From: Sulfurimonadaceae bacterium
Lineage (GTDB): Bacteria; Campylobacterota; Campylobacteria; Campylobacterales; Sulfurimonadaceae
Length of the DNA: 64,000 bases
Assembly (NCBI GenBank): GCA_041555445.1
Contig: JBFFKK010000001.1
Span: 64,418-128,417 of the forward strand
Direction: 5' to 3'
Below, in pieces: positions 34,405-44,173 of the stretch. The position numbers and the translations under genes were made by a program. The stretch's first letter is position 1; every line of letters begins with the position of its first letter. Below the pieces are notes generated by a model. That model searched no databases and had not been told where the DNA came from. It worked only from the letters and a program-made list of their open reading frames with translations.

Positions 34405-35628
34405 CTAGTCAGTCAATTTTTCAAACACAATGGCCGCATTGGTCCCGCCGAAACCGAAATTACAGCTCAGCACGCGCTGCACTTCTGTTCTGACCGCACT
34501 GTTTTTGACAAGGTTGAGCGCTTCCATCTCTTCTTCGCTCTCTGCATAGTTAATGACCGGCGGCAGCACGTTCTGTTGCATCGCCATAATGGAAACGACC
34601 GCTTCTATGGCGCCCGCGGCACCTAAGGTATGACCGACCTGCCCTTTGATCGAGCTCACGTAGGGGCGCATATCCCCAAAGACCGTCGCAATTGCTTTTG
34701 CCTCACGGACGTCATTGTAAAAGGTACTGGTACCATGGGCATTGATGTAGTCGATCTTCGGCTCTCCGGCCATCTCAAAAGCGTCGCGGATCGCACTGAT
34801 GGCCCCGCGTGATTCCGGCTGCGGCGTGGAGATGTGATAGGCATCGGCACTCTCGCCGAAACCGGTGATCTCGGCATAGATCCTCGCACCCCGTTTTTGG
34901 GCATGTTCCAGTGTCTCCAGTACAAGCGCGCCAGCGCCCTCGCCCATCACGAAACCGCTGCGTTCTTTGTCAAAAGGCCGCACCGCCTCTTTGGGGTTGT
35001 CATTATGGTCTTTGCACAGCGCATTCATCGCACCGAACCCGCCGAGTGCCAGCGGTGTGACACCCGCCTCGGCACCCACGACGATCATCCCTTCGCCTTT
35101 GGAGAACTGCAGTGTTTTATAGGCTTCGATGAGGGCATGTGTTCCTGCCGCACATGCCGTGTTCTCGCTCAGGTTCGCACCCCTGAGGTCAAACTTCATC
35201 GAGACCTGGCCTGCCAGCATGTTCGGCATATAGGAGGGGATAAGAAAAGGTGAGATATGGGACAGTTTGGAGCTGTTTTTAATGTCTGCCGCCTCTTCGA
35301 TCGAGCCGATACCCACAAGGCAGTTGGCACTGACGACACCGAATGCGGTGGTGTCGACCTCATCCAAAGAGGCATCTTCATACGCTTCCATCGCAGCGTG
35401 CAGCCCCAGTTGGATAAAACGGTCCGCCTTCTTCTGCTCCCGTTTTTTCATCACCGTCGCCGCATCAAAGTCCTTCACCTCTGCGGCGATCTTGCACTCG
35501 AGTTCGCTGCTGTCACAGAGGGTGATTTTGTCAATCCCGCACTCACCGTCGATGATGGCCTGAAACGACTCTTTTGAGTGTCCAAGGGCATTGATCATAC
35601 CAAGACCGGTCACAACAATACGCTTCAA
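34405..35628 (-). CDS. beta-ketoacyl-ACP synthase (FabF-like KS)
   Basis: 407 aa. Active-site Cys in NTACAAGTHAL, plus NAHGTST and GHTLGAAG. It overlaps the upstream hydrolase gene by 4 nt. Confidence 0.85.
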   Translation of the reverse strand: MKRIVVTGLGMINALGHSKESFQAIIDGECGIDKITLCDSSELECKIAAEVKDFDAATVMKKREQKKADRFIQLGLHAAMEAYEDASLDEVDTTAFGVVSANCLVGIGSIEEAADIKNSSKLSHISPFLIPSYMPNMLAGQVSMKFDLRGANLSENTACAAGTHALIEAYKTLQFSKGEGMIVVGAEAGVTPLALGGFGAMNALCKDHNDNPKEAVRPFDKERSGFVMGEGAGALVLETLEHAQKRGARIYAEITGFGESADAYHISTPQPESRGAISAIRDAFEMAGEPKIDYINAHGTSTFYNDVREAKAIATVFGDMRPYVSSIKGQVGHTLGAAGAIEAVVSIMAMQQNVLPPVINYAESEEEMEALNLVKNSAVRTEVQRVLSCNFGFGGTNAAIVFEKLTD

Positions 35629-36767
35629 AGGAGCCCCCCTTTGATCTCTTGAATAAGACGGTCGCTCCAGGCATCGATGTCCGTCTCCGTCTGCGAGGTC
35701 AAGATGACAAAAGAGATGTCATATTTCGGGTAGATCCGCATGATCGTCCTGTAGCCCGGTCCGAGACCCTGATGCTGGTAGTAGAACTCCCCTTTGTCAT
35801 TGATGTGGTACCAGCCTATCCCGAAACTGATCTCCTCCTGCGGTGCGAGAAAGGAGTCGACTTTGACGGTCGGCGTCTCCAAGAAGACCTTTTTGGTCTT
35901 CTCATCGATCAGTTTGCCGTTGTTATAGGCGGAGAGGAAAAGTGCCATGTCGTGAACAGGGGCGACAAGCCCGCCGGCAGCCAGCCATCCGATATCAAAC
36001 TGTTTAAGCCACTGCGTCGTCCCGTCCCAATGGTCCTTGTTGGCACTGTCCATAAACATGCGCATCGCAATACCGGTGATCGAGAACATCTTCATTGTTC
36101 CGTAGACCTGATCTTTTGCCATCGCATCGGTGTAGGTAAACCCGCTTCGCATCATCTGCGCCGGTTCGACCACACGCTCCATCACCATCTCGCCGAAGTC
36201 CTCACCCGTCGCTTTCTCAATGATCCGGCTCAGGATGATGTACTCCGCGCTTGAGTATTTGGCCTCGCTCCCCGGCAGATAGGGCAACTCGATATGATCA
36301 GCGGTCTCTATGCCGCTCGTTTTGGTATAGGCATAATAGTTGTCATCTGTCAGCGGCCGCACCTCTGATGAGCGGTCATTGATACCCGAACTGTGGTTGA
36401 GCAGGTTTAAGACGGTGACCGTGACCTCTTTATCCTCATACATCGCTTTAAATCGCGGAAGGTACTTTTGAACGGGGTCATCCAGTGAAAGGACCCCTTC
36501 GTTGACAAGCTGCATTGTCACCGTTGCCGCCAATATCTTGGTCAGCGAAAAAACATGATAGACACTCTCTAAAGAGGTGGCCTGTTTTCTGGCCGAATCG
36601 TTAAAACCGAAACTGCTCTCATAGAGGATCTTGTCGCCTTTCAGAATAGCAAACGAAGCCGAAGGCGGAGTCTGATCATTGATCTCCTCGCGTACAAAAC
36701 GCTCAAAACTCTCTACGCCGCCGAACAGGTTCAAGCCGATAAGAAGCGTCAAGAGGAGCGTTTTCAT
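35625..36767 (-). CDS. exported serine hydrolase of the beta-lactamase (class C/esterase) fold
   Basis: 380 aa. Signal peptide MKTLLLTLLIGLNLFGG. SxxK motif FSLTK. Length and YxN-type region are consistent with the family. Confidence 0.8.
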   Translation of the reverse strand: MKTLLLTLLIGLNLFGGVESFERFVREEINDQTPPSASFAILKGDKILYESSFGFNDSARKQATSLESVYHVFSLTKILAATVTMQLVNEGVLSLDDPVQKYLPRFKAMYEDKEVTVTVLNLLNHSSGINDRSSEVRPLTDDNYYAYTKTSGIETADHIELPYLPGSEAKYSSAEYIILSRIIEKATGEDFGEMVMERVVEPAQMMRSGFTYTDAMAKDQVYGTMKMFSITGIAMRMFMDSANKDHWDGTTQWLKQFDIGWLAAGGLVAPVHDMALFLSAYNNGKLIDEKTKKVFLETPTVKVDSFLAPQEEISFGIGWYHINDKGEFYYQHQGLGPGYRTIMRIYPKYDISFVILTSQTETDIDAWSDRLIQEIKGGLL

Positions 36768-37972
36768 CTGCGGACCTTTTTCCCCATACTGTTCTTCTCG
36801 ATACCTTTGACATGGACAAGTTCGAAACTGAAGTTGATCTCCGGATAGTAGCGTTTAAAAAGCGCTCTGACATCGTTTTCGTTCGGCATCTTGCGCCCCG
36901 CTATCTGAATCTCGAGACTCTCGTCTTTGAGTTTGGCACTGTCGCTTTTAATGGTGATCAGCGCATCTGTGACCCCCAAATCATTTTCGATGATGTTTTC
37001 AAGTTCGACGATCGATATGCGCTTTCCGGAGACTTTAATGATCTCATTGGCGCGGCCAAGCAGTTTGAACTTTCTGCCTTCGAGTTCGATGATGTCCGTC
37101 GTCGTATAGGGACGTTTCATCAGCGTGATCTTCTCTTCAAAAAGATGGCTGGAGAGGTAGGGTGAATCCACCACCATACGCGACTCATGGTTCTTGGTCA
37201 CCGAAACACCATGAAGCGGTTCCCAGTAGGGGTTTGTTCCTCTTTTTATCGCCACGCCGCCTGTCTCCGTCGAACCAAAGAGCTGGATGATCCGCGTGTT
37301 GTACTGCTTCTCGAAACGCTCGACCTCATCTTCTGTCAACAGCCCGGTCGATGACAGGAAAGTCACATTGTTCAGGTCATGCTCGCGTTTAAGACGCAGC
37401 AGTGCTTTGATATAGACAGGGCTGGTCACCACCAGGCTCTTTTTATCTTCGTGCAGCAGGGTCAGCTCTTGCGGGTAGTACTCCTCTTTCAACAACAGTT
37501 CACACCCCAGGCGTCTCGGCAGCATCAGACCGGAGAGAAATCCGTAGATATGGATAAAAGGGACCGTCACAATGATGCGTTCAAAGTTCTCGGGCGCAAA
37601 GATCGCCTTCAGTGCATCAAGTTCGCCTTCGATGTTCTCTCTGTTTTTGATCGCCCCTGTCGGCACCCCGGTTGTCCCCGATGTAAAGAAGAGTGCGTAC
37701 GTTGATGCCGGCAGTGCGGCGCTGTCATTTTTGTGGTCATAAGAGGCAATACCCAACTCTTTAACGCGGGCGTCGATCTCTCCGATATTGTGATCATACA
37801 GGACAGGCGTCACACCCTGTTCAATCGCCTTGTGAAGGAGTCCGAACAGTTCCGGTTTGGTATGGGCACTGAACGTCGCCTCTTTGGTTGCCAGGATCTC
37901 CTGTTTCTCCTGGATCTCTTCTAATGTCGTGTCGTTTCTAATGCCGGCATTGTCAATATGGATAATATTCAT
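36764..37972 (-). CDS. AMP-dependent synthetase/ligase (short acyl/aryl-adenylating enzyme)
   Basis: 402 aa. The P-loop-like motif is FFTSGTTGVPTGA, with Thr where Lys is usual. Also GSTETGG and a C-terminal GKKVRR. Confidence 0.8.
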   Translation of the reverse strand: MNIIHIDNAGIRNDTTLEEIQEKQEILATKEATFSAHTKPELFGLLHKAIEQGVTPVLYDHNIGEIDARVKELGIASYDHKNDSAALPASTYALFFTSGTTGVPTGAIKNRENIEGELDALKAIFAPENFERIIVTVPFIHIYGFLSGLMLPRRLGCELLLKEEYYPQELTLLHEDKKSLVVTSPVYIKALLRLKREHDLNNVTFLSSTGLLTEDEVERFEKQYNTRIIQLFGSTETGGVAIKRGTNPYWEPLHGVSVTKNHESRMVVDSPYLSSHLFEEKITLMKRPYTTTDIIELEGRKFKLLGRANEIIKVSGKRISIVELENIIENDLGVTDALITIKSDSAKLKDESLEIQIAGRKMPNENDVRALFKRYYPEINFSFELVHVKGIEKNSMGKKVRR

Positions 37973-38147
37973 ACAGTCTACTTTATATTTTTTAAGTCTA
38001 ATATTTATAATACAAGATGGCTTATAGAGAGGTATAGAAGAGATGTTAATTCGCTATTATAATACGATATCGAAGATCGGTACACGCCGTTTCCTGAATC
38101 ACACCCGTTATCCGTCTGTTATAGGCATCGTATCGACAATGCCACTG

Positions 38148-40280
38148 CTATCGTTTTTGCACTGTCTGCAGTACAAACGTCGAAGCAATGCCCAGCGCGA
38201 TCACCAGGCCGATGTGATGCAGTGCTCCGATATGGCTAAAGACAAAGATTCCGAAACCGGCGAAGGTGGTGAGCATGGCGTAGTAGATCGCTTCGTCTGT
38301 CTCCTCTTTGACATCGCTCATGTAGATGCCGTAGTCGATGGCTGCTACCATCACGATGATGAGTGCAAAAAGATGCATCACCGAGAATGAACCGAGCAGC
38401 GCCAGCGTTACAGCGATGACACCAAGAGGAAAGAGGACATAGTTCATGGCAATCAGGGCCCGTTCTTTCAACAAAACGACGAGCAGAAGCGAAATGAATC
38501 CAAAGGTCAGTGCCGCAATGACGACAAGCTGATCCAAAACATCTTCCACGCCTTTTTGCAGCAGCGTAGAGGCTTCCAACAACACCAGGTCGTCATCATA
38601 AGGAAGTGCATCGGCCTCGCTTGCATCAATAAAGGCCAGGCTCATCCACCTTCCGTCATCAAGTTGCAGGGTCTCAAAGCCCAAGGCTTTGGCGACGGCC
38701 AGATCCGGTTCGCTGTAGGTTATGTTGTCGGCAAACCGGTACGCGGCGCTGAAGGTGCCGCTGCGAAACCCCACCTGGGTCGCTACACGCTCCAAAGTCT
38801 CGCGCAGGCTCGAAAAATCGATCGCTTTGACGTTATTGGCATACGCGTCAAACCCCTCTTTCGACCTGTTTATCTTAGCCAAAGAGCGGAATGAAGCGTT
38901 CTCTTTCTGAACGGCTTCCATCTGTACGAGAAGGTCATCCAAAGCGTGTCCGTAGACCAGCACCGCACGCTCATCTGAGCCGCCGCTTTTGATCTTCTCC
39001 TGCAAGGCGAGAAGTTTAGTATTTTGATAGTCAAGCTGACGGAGGTCACCGCTGAAACGCAGTTGCGAGAAAGCCGCCGCGAGCAGCAGCAAGGAGAACA
39101 CCAACACCGTTTTAGAACCGATGAGCCCTTTTGAGAGGGCCCGGAGCCGAAACCGTTCGGCCTTGGGTTCAAACTGCCAGGAGGCAAACAAAAAGCTGAA
39201 CTGAAAGTAGGAAAAAGCCAGGGCGGCGATCCCAAAGAGTGCCAGCTGCTGGATCAGCGGGAAGTCTGCAAAGTAAAGGATGCCGAAACCGCTTAGCGTT
39301 GTCAAAAAAGCGTAAAAGACCTTTTTGCGGCTCTTCTCTTTACCGGTGTAATAGCCGTGAAAATAGTAATGGAAAAAGTAATCCACCGCCATCATCGCAA
39401 TACCGGAGCCAAAGGCAAGCGTAAAGATGGAGACCTCCGGAAAGATAAAAGTGACTGCGGCAAGGCCGGCAAAAAGCGAAGAACCCAGGGCAACGGAGGT
39501 CAGCAACAGGACTTTAAAATCGCGCAGGGTAAAGGCGTAAAAAAGCAGCAGCAGTATCATCGTTACGGTGATGATAAGGTTGACTTCACTTTTTATTTTG
39601 GCAGCATTCTCGGCCGTAAAGAAATGCGGTGCAAACGCGGTTACATCGCTGCCGTAACCGTCGACGATGGCGTGCACCTCGTCGTACAGTTTTTGTGATC
39701 CTTCCACATCGGCCACGCTGATCTTGAGGGTTGCCGTCAGCATATAGCTCTCACCGTTGAAAAGCGCGATACCGTTTTTGCTTTTGGCCCCCGTCTGCTG
39801 CATCGGATCGCTGAAAAGCCCCAGCGGATCAGAGGTGTTGAGACCGCTGAAGAGAAAAGAGCTCTGCATTTCGTTGTAGAGGCTCTTTAGCCGTGCTTCG
39901 ATGTAGGCTGGCGAGGTTCTTGAGCTGTTCAGGTCAAGACGCTCTGCATAGTGTTTACGCAAATACGCCGCAGTCGGCGAATGGATACTGTCGACTTTGA
40001 AGAACAGCTCCTCGATCCCTTCTGTTGCCTGCAGCTTCGCCGCTATCGTCTCCAGACGCTCTTTGGAAGCAGTGTCACTCCCCTTTGAGATGACCATCAG
40101 ACGGTTGAGCGTCTGCAGTTGCGAAGCGTCTTCGAGCTGTTTGGTGTAGCTGTTCTGCGGAAAAATGGCGAGCATGTCGGTACTGAAATGTGAGGGCGAG
40201 AAGAGAAGTCCCGCCGAGAGCATAATGCTCAGGTAGATAAAAGCGTAGAGCTTATTGGGCAATAAAGAGCGTAATTTCAT
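38148..40280 (-). CDS. MMPL/RND-superfamily exporter
   Basis: 710 aa. Two blocks of about 5-6 TM helices are each preceded by a large soluble loop. This is the architecture of the predicted exporter found in aryl-polyene loci. Confidence 0.8.
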   Translation of the reverse strand: MKLRSLLPNKLYAFIYLSIMLSAGLLFSPSHFSTDMLAIFPQNSYTKQLEDASQLQTLNRLMVISKGSDTASKERLETIAAKLQATEGIEELFFKVDSIHSPTAAYLRKHYAERLDLNSSRTSPAYIEARLKSLYNEMQSSFLFSGLNTSDPLGLFSDPMQQTGAKSKNGIALFNGESYMLTATLKISVADVEGSQKLYDEVHAIVDGYGSDVTAFAPHFFTAENAAKIKSEVNLIITVTMILLLLFYAFTLRDFKVLLLTSVALGSSLFAGLAAVTFIFPEVSIFTLAFGSGIAMMAVDYFFHYYFHGYYTGKEKSRKKVFYAFLTTLSGFGILYFADFPLIQQLALFGIAALAFSYFQFSFLFASWQFEPKAERFRLRALSKGLIGSKTVLVFSLLLLAAAFSQLRFSGDLRQLDYQNTKLLALQEKIKSGGSDERAVLVYGHALDDLLVQMEAVQKENASFRSLAKINRSKEGFDAYANNVKAIDFSSLRETLERVATQVGFRSGTFSAAYRFADNITYSEPDLAVAKALGFETLQLDDGRWMSLAFIDASEADALPYDDDLVLLEASTLLQKGVEDVLDQLVVIAALTFGFISLLLVVLLKERALIAMNYVLFPLGVIAVTLALLGSFSVMHLFALIIVMVAAIDYGIYMSDVKEETDEAIYYAMLTTFAGFGIFVFSHIGALHHIGLVIALGIASTFVLQTVQKR

Positions 40281-40737
40281 CGCCGTTACTCATCTTGGTC
40301 ATGATCTTCTCCAGCCCTTTGGCACTGCGGTGGACCACAACAGATTTTATCACTTTGTCCACCGGGGCGATCGGGGTCAGCATCACCACCGTAGTCGTTT
40401 GTTTGATCGTGAAATTTTCACTCAAAGCTGCATAATCGCCGCGATAGAGCTTATGGATAAAGTCCATGTAGACCTTCATCATCGGCTGTTCGTTGAGATC
40501 GACATGCTGTAGGGTATTGCCGCCGGCATCGGTGACATCCATGTAGGCGCCGTCATAGCTGATATGACGCCGTTCGGGTTCCGTATACTCTATCTTCATC
40601 CCTCTGTCGTCAAAAGTGATCGCGCCTTTCATGGTTAAGGACTTGTCGATACTGTAGATATAGCGCTCTTCTTTGAAGTTGTAACTGCCGGCAAAAAGCA
40701 TCATAAACGTCAGAAAAAGTAGTAGCGTTATCTTCAT
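40252..40737 (-). CDS. LolA-like periplasmic lipid/lipoprotein carrier-fold protein
   Basis: 161 aa with a signal peptide and beta-rich sequence (FKEERYIYSIDKSLTMKGAITFDDRGMKIEYTEP). Its position next to the MMPL gene matches that in ape/flexirubin loci. The assignment is partly contextual. Confidence 0.55.
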   Translation of the reverse strand: MKITLLLFLTFMMLFAGSYNFKEERYIYSIDKSLTMKGAITFDDRGMKIEYTEPERRHISYDGAYMDVTDAGGNTLQHVDLNEQPMMKVYMDFIHKLYRGDYAALSENFTIKQTTTVVMLTPIAPVDKVIKSVVVHRSAKGLEKIMTKMSNGDEITLFIAQ

Positions 40738-41474
40738 GCAAAATTCCTTGTCACTTCTGTCTGCATCACCTCTCTGACACGGCGCATCACAGAGCGTACA
40801 CTCTCATCTTCCTGAGGGTAGATCGGGTCCAGAAATGTCACCGCGATGTCGGTTTTTTGCTGGGTCTTGGCGATGTTGGAGCCTTTTGAGACAATCCGGC
40901 CCGTACCGTCGATAATCACCGGAACAATAGGCAGCTTGTTGTCGACACTGAGACGGAATGCCCCTTTTTGAAAGGGCAGCAGCGTGTCGGAGTAGTTGCG
41001 GGTTCCTTCGGGGAAGATAAAGACATTGACATTGTTTTGCAGCGCTCTGGAGAGTCGGTTAAAAACGGTAATCGCTGCATTGGGGTTATGTTTTTCCATA
41101 TAATAGACGCCCACCAGACGGGGGATCCGCAGAAAGATCGGCAGATCGCTGATGGGGTGGTTGGAGATCGTTGCGAAGTTCTGGATCATGCTTCCGAGCA
41201 GAACAAAGTCGATCGATGACTGGTGCGAAGCGACATAGATAGCGGGTTTACAGCTGTTCAGGTTCTCCCTGTTGTTGATGGTAATATCACCGATAACCGG
41301 AGATGCCCTCAAGAACATGCGCCAGAAAAAGCGGACGACCACCTGAAACGACCAGCGCGGGTCACCGCCGAAAATCCAGACTGGCAGGGTGAACGCGCCG
41401 GCGAAAACAAGAGCCAGGAGCATCAGAAAGATAAAAAGCCCGTAGATATAGGCGCTTAACAGTTTACTTGACAC
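40734..41474 (-). CDS. lysophospholipid (PlsC-type) acyltransferase
   Basis: HX4D motif ASHQSSIDF, plus FPEGTR and PIVPV. I chose the GTG at 41474, an 11-nt overlap with the upstream gene, over the track start at 41573. Confidence 0.8.
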   Translation of the reverse strand: MSSKLLSAYIYGLFIFLMLLALVFAGAFTLPVWIFGGDPRWSFQVVVRFFWRMFLRASPVIGDITINNRENLNSCKPAIYVASHQSSIDFVLLGSMIQNFATISNHPISDLPIFLRIPRLVGVYYMEKHNPNAAITVFNRLSRALQNNVNVFIFPEGTRNYSDTLLPFQKGAFRLSVDNKLPIVPVIIDGTGRIVSKGSNIAKTQQKTDIAVTFLDPIYPQEDESVRSVMRRVREVMQTEVTRNFA

Positions 41475-41985
41475 CGCGAACCTTTCCGTAGATGATCTGA
41501 AGAAGCAGCGCACCTCCAAAGAGAAGGTACCAGCCCACTGTCGTATAGAGTGCCCAGATCTGCATCGAAGCAAAGAGGACCGCTACCTGCAGCACCAGGT
41601 TGACCGTTGTAACGATCAGCCAGTAGAGATGGGAGCTTTCAATAAAGGCCAGTTTTTCTTCGCTCCAGGCAACCTTGGGCGTCTTCCGGACCATTGTAGC
41701 CAAAAAGGGTCTCTTCATGATGACCGCTTCGGCAAATTTGACAAAAAAGAGCGAGGTGATCAGCACCGGGAGCAGCTTGAAGACAAGTGTCGAGTCCAAG
41801 AGCCAGACCAAAAGACCGACAACGGTTGCGGCCAAAGGGACCAGAACATTTTTAAAACGGTTTTTGATCAGTTCGTAAAGCGTCCAGGGAGCCGCAAGGC
41901 TGAAGAGCGCGACACCTACAGTGTGGGGTTCAAAAAAGCGGAGACCTACTACTATGAAGAGAACATAGAGCAGTGTCAATAACAT
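41464..41985 (-). CDS. small integral membrane protein (about 5 TM), function unknown
   Basis: 173 aa, hydrophobic throughout. It lies between the ACP and the acyltransferase in the same operon. Confidence 0.5.
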   Translation of the reverse strand: MLLTLLYVLFIVVGLRFFEPHTVGVALFSLAAPWTLYELIKNRFKNVLVPLAATVVGLLVWLLDSTLVFKLLPVLITSLFFVKFAEAVIMKRPFLATMVRKTPKVAWSEEKLAFIESSHLYWLIVTTVNLVLQVAVLFASMQIWALYTTVGWYLLFGGALLLQIIYGKVRGVK

Positions 41986-41992
41986 TAAAGGC

Positions 41993-42232
41993 TTATCCTC
42001 TAGTCATGATCAGCGCAACGAACTCGTCCACTGTACGGATTTTCTGTGCATCTTCGGCTTTTAGATCAATGTTGAGTTTTTTATCCATCATGACAATGAG
42101 ATCGATCGCGTCCAGACTGTCCATATCAAGATCTTCAAAAAAGTTGGCACCTTCGACGATCTCATCCTCTTCGACTTCAAATTCTTCTATTAAAACTTCT
42201 TTTAGCGTTGCTCTTACCAACTCTTCGGTCAT
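41993..42232 (-). CDS. acyl carrier protein
   Basis: 79 aa, acidic, with the phosphopantetheine Ser motif LDMDSLDAIDL. Confidence 0.85.
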   Translation of the reverse strand: MTEELVRATLKEVLIEEFEVEEDEIVEGANFFEDLDMDSLDAIDLIVMMDKKLNIDLKAEDAQKIRTVDEFVALIMTRG

Positions 42233-43467
42233 TACTGTTCCTCTATTTTTTTAAAGATAAGTGAGGTGTTGATCCCACCAAATGCAAAATTGTTATTCAT
42301 AACTATATCATGATTACCATAACGGTGTTCGAAAAGATAATCAAGCGGTGCGCAGGTCTCATCGACCTTCACAAGGTTTTTGTTGGCCGGCATCAGCCCT
42401 GTCTTCAGACTGATAAGACCGATGATCGACTCGACGACACCGCATCCGCCGAGTATATGTCCCATGTACCCTTTGGTGCTGCTGATCGGCGTTTTGTCGC
42501 CGAAGACAGCGTAGGTCGCATGCGATTCGGCAATGTCCCCTTTGGGCGTGGATGTTGCGTGGGCATTGATGTAGCCGACTTTGTCCGGTGTGATGTCTGC
42601 ATCATCAAGCGCCAGACGCATCACCTGTTCCATTCCCTCGCTCGAAGGGGTGGTGATGTGTTCGCCGTCGCATGAGGTTGCATACCCGATGATCTCGCCA
42701 TAGATCTTGGCACCGCGCGCCTTTGCCGCTTCATACTCCTCCAAGACCAGTGTACCGGCACCCTCAGCCGTGACCAGTCCGTCACGTTGGGTATCGAACG
42801 GGCGCGGTGTCTGATCCGGCGTGTCGTTGTATTCGGTTGATGTGGCTGCCATGATCTCAAAGATACCCGCATTGTAAGGGTGCGCCTCTTCCGAACCGCC
42901 GACAAACATCATGTCGCTCATGCCGTACTTAATGCTCTCATAACCGATACCGATCGCCATCGAAGACGACGTACAGGCGGAACAGGCAGGGATATTGCGC
43001 CCGCGGATCTTGAACATCGCTGCAATATTGGCAGCGACCGTATGGCTCATAAACTGCAGAAAGCTCATGGAGTTCTGGCCGTTGAACGTCATCTCTTTCG
43101 AGATGGTCCCGATAGAGTCGAACAGAGCTTCGTCAGAGCCCATTGTCGAACCGAACGAGATACCCGTTCGGGGATTGGAGATCTGCTCTTCGCTCAGGCC
43201 TGCATCCGCAACGGCATCCTGCATCGTCTTGGCTGCCATGATCGCAACACGTCCCATGGAACGTCGGCTTTTACGCGGAATCACTTTATAGTCGTTCCAG
43301 TTAACGATGCCGCAGACACGTGTCTTGAAATCTTTGTACGCTGACCACTCTTCGACATGCTGTACACCGCTCTTGGAGTTTTCCAAGGCCTCCTGGAGTT
43401 CCTGCATATCATTACCGATCGGCGACAAAACACCGACACCGGTAATTACAACACGACGTGTATTCAT
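42232..43467 (-). CDS. beta-ketoacyl synthase (KS)
   Basis: 411 aa. Active-site Cys in PACSACTSSSMAIG, plus NAHATST and GHILGGCG. Confidence 0.9.
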   Translation of the reverse strand: MNTRRVVITGVGVLSPIGNDMQELQEALENSKSGVQHVEEWSAYKDFKTRVCGIVNWNDYKVIPRKSRRSMGRVAIMAAKTMQDAVADAGLSEEQISNPRTGISFGSTMGSDEALFDSIGTISKEMTFNGQNSMSFLQFMSHTVAANIAAMFKIRGRNIPACSACTSSSMAIGIGYESIKYGMSDMMFVGGSEEAHPYNAGIFEIMAATSTEYNDTPDQTPRPFDTQRDGLVTAEGAGTLVLEEYEAAKARGAKIYGEIIGYATSCDGEHITTPSSEGMEQVMRLALDDADITPDKVGYINAHATSTPKGDIAESHATYAVFGDKTPISSTKGYMGHILGGCGVVESIIGLISLKTGLMPANKNLVKVDETCAPLDYLFEHRYGNHDIVMNNNFAFGGINTSLIFKKIEEQ

Positions 43468-43470
43468 CTT

Positions 43471-44172
43471 CTACCTCACCATTCCGCCACTGATATTGAT
43501 CGTCTCGGCAGTGATATAAGTCGCTTTGTCCGCCAGGAAAAAGACCACCTCGGCAACCTCTTCAGGCTTGCCGATACGTCGCAGCGGGATCCCTTTTTTC
43601 ATCTCTTTCAGCGGCAAATCTTCTGTCATTTCCGACTCGATAAGGCCGGGTGCGACACAGTTGACACGGATCTTGTAGCGTCCCATCTCCAGTGCCAGCG
43701 CTTTGGTAAACGCGATAATGCCGCCCTTGGTCGCCGAGTAGTTCGTCTGTGCCGTATTGCCGGCAATACCCGAGACCGATGACATATTGATGATGGCGCA
43801 GTTTTTCTTGGCGATCATCTTCTCGGAAACCGCCTTCGTCACATAAAACATGCTGTTAAGGTTGGTATTGACAACATCTTCCCACTCCTCATCTTTCATC
43901 CAGAAAAAGAGGTTATCTTTCGTGATACCCGCATTGTTGACCAGCACATCCAGATCCAGTTCGCCGAACGCCTCTTTGACGCTCGCTTTGTCACTGACGT
44001 CACAGTAAACGATCTCACCGTTCTTAACCTCGTCCAGAATCGCTTGCGCCTTTGCCTGCTGCGAGCGGTAATGGATATAGACATAGTAACCGGCACCGGC
44101 AAAGGCGCGGACACACGCCTCACCGATCGCACCGGTCGCACCTGTAATCAGGACTCGCTTCTGCTCACTCAT
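43471..44172 (-). CDS. 3-oxoacyl-ACP reductase (FabG-type SDR)
   Basis: 233 aa with ITGATGAIG, NNAG, and S...YSATK catalytic residues. Confidence 0.9.
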   Translation of the reverse strand: MSEQKRVLITGATGAIGEACVRAFAGAGYYVYIHYRSQQAKAQAILDEVKNGEIVYCDVSDKASVKEAFGELDLDVLVNNAGITKDNLFFWMKDEEWEDVVNTNLNSMFYVTKAVSEKMIAKKNCAIINMSSVSGIAGNTAQTNYSATKGGIIAFTKALALEMGRYKIRVNCVAPGLIESEMTEDLPLKEMKKGIPLRRIGKPEEVAEVVFFLADKATYITAETINISGGMVR

Positions 44173-44173
44173 C

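Noticed and set aside
34405-35628. FabF-like KS as the housekeeping fabF rather than part of the pigment locus
   Set aside because: This is not fully excluded. However, it lacks the usual acpP/fabG/accA neighbours. It is translationally coupled to the hydrolase and AMP-ligase genes that abut the MMPL/LolA-like module, so I kept it within the locus at lower certainty.
38043-38390. 115-aa plus-strand ORF in or near the gap between the MMPL and AMP-ligase genes
   Set aside because: Most of it is antisense to the MMPL 3' end. The remainder lies in an AT-rich spacer that is more plausibly the promoter region of the AMP-ligase sub-operon.
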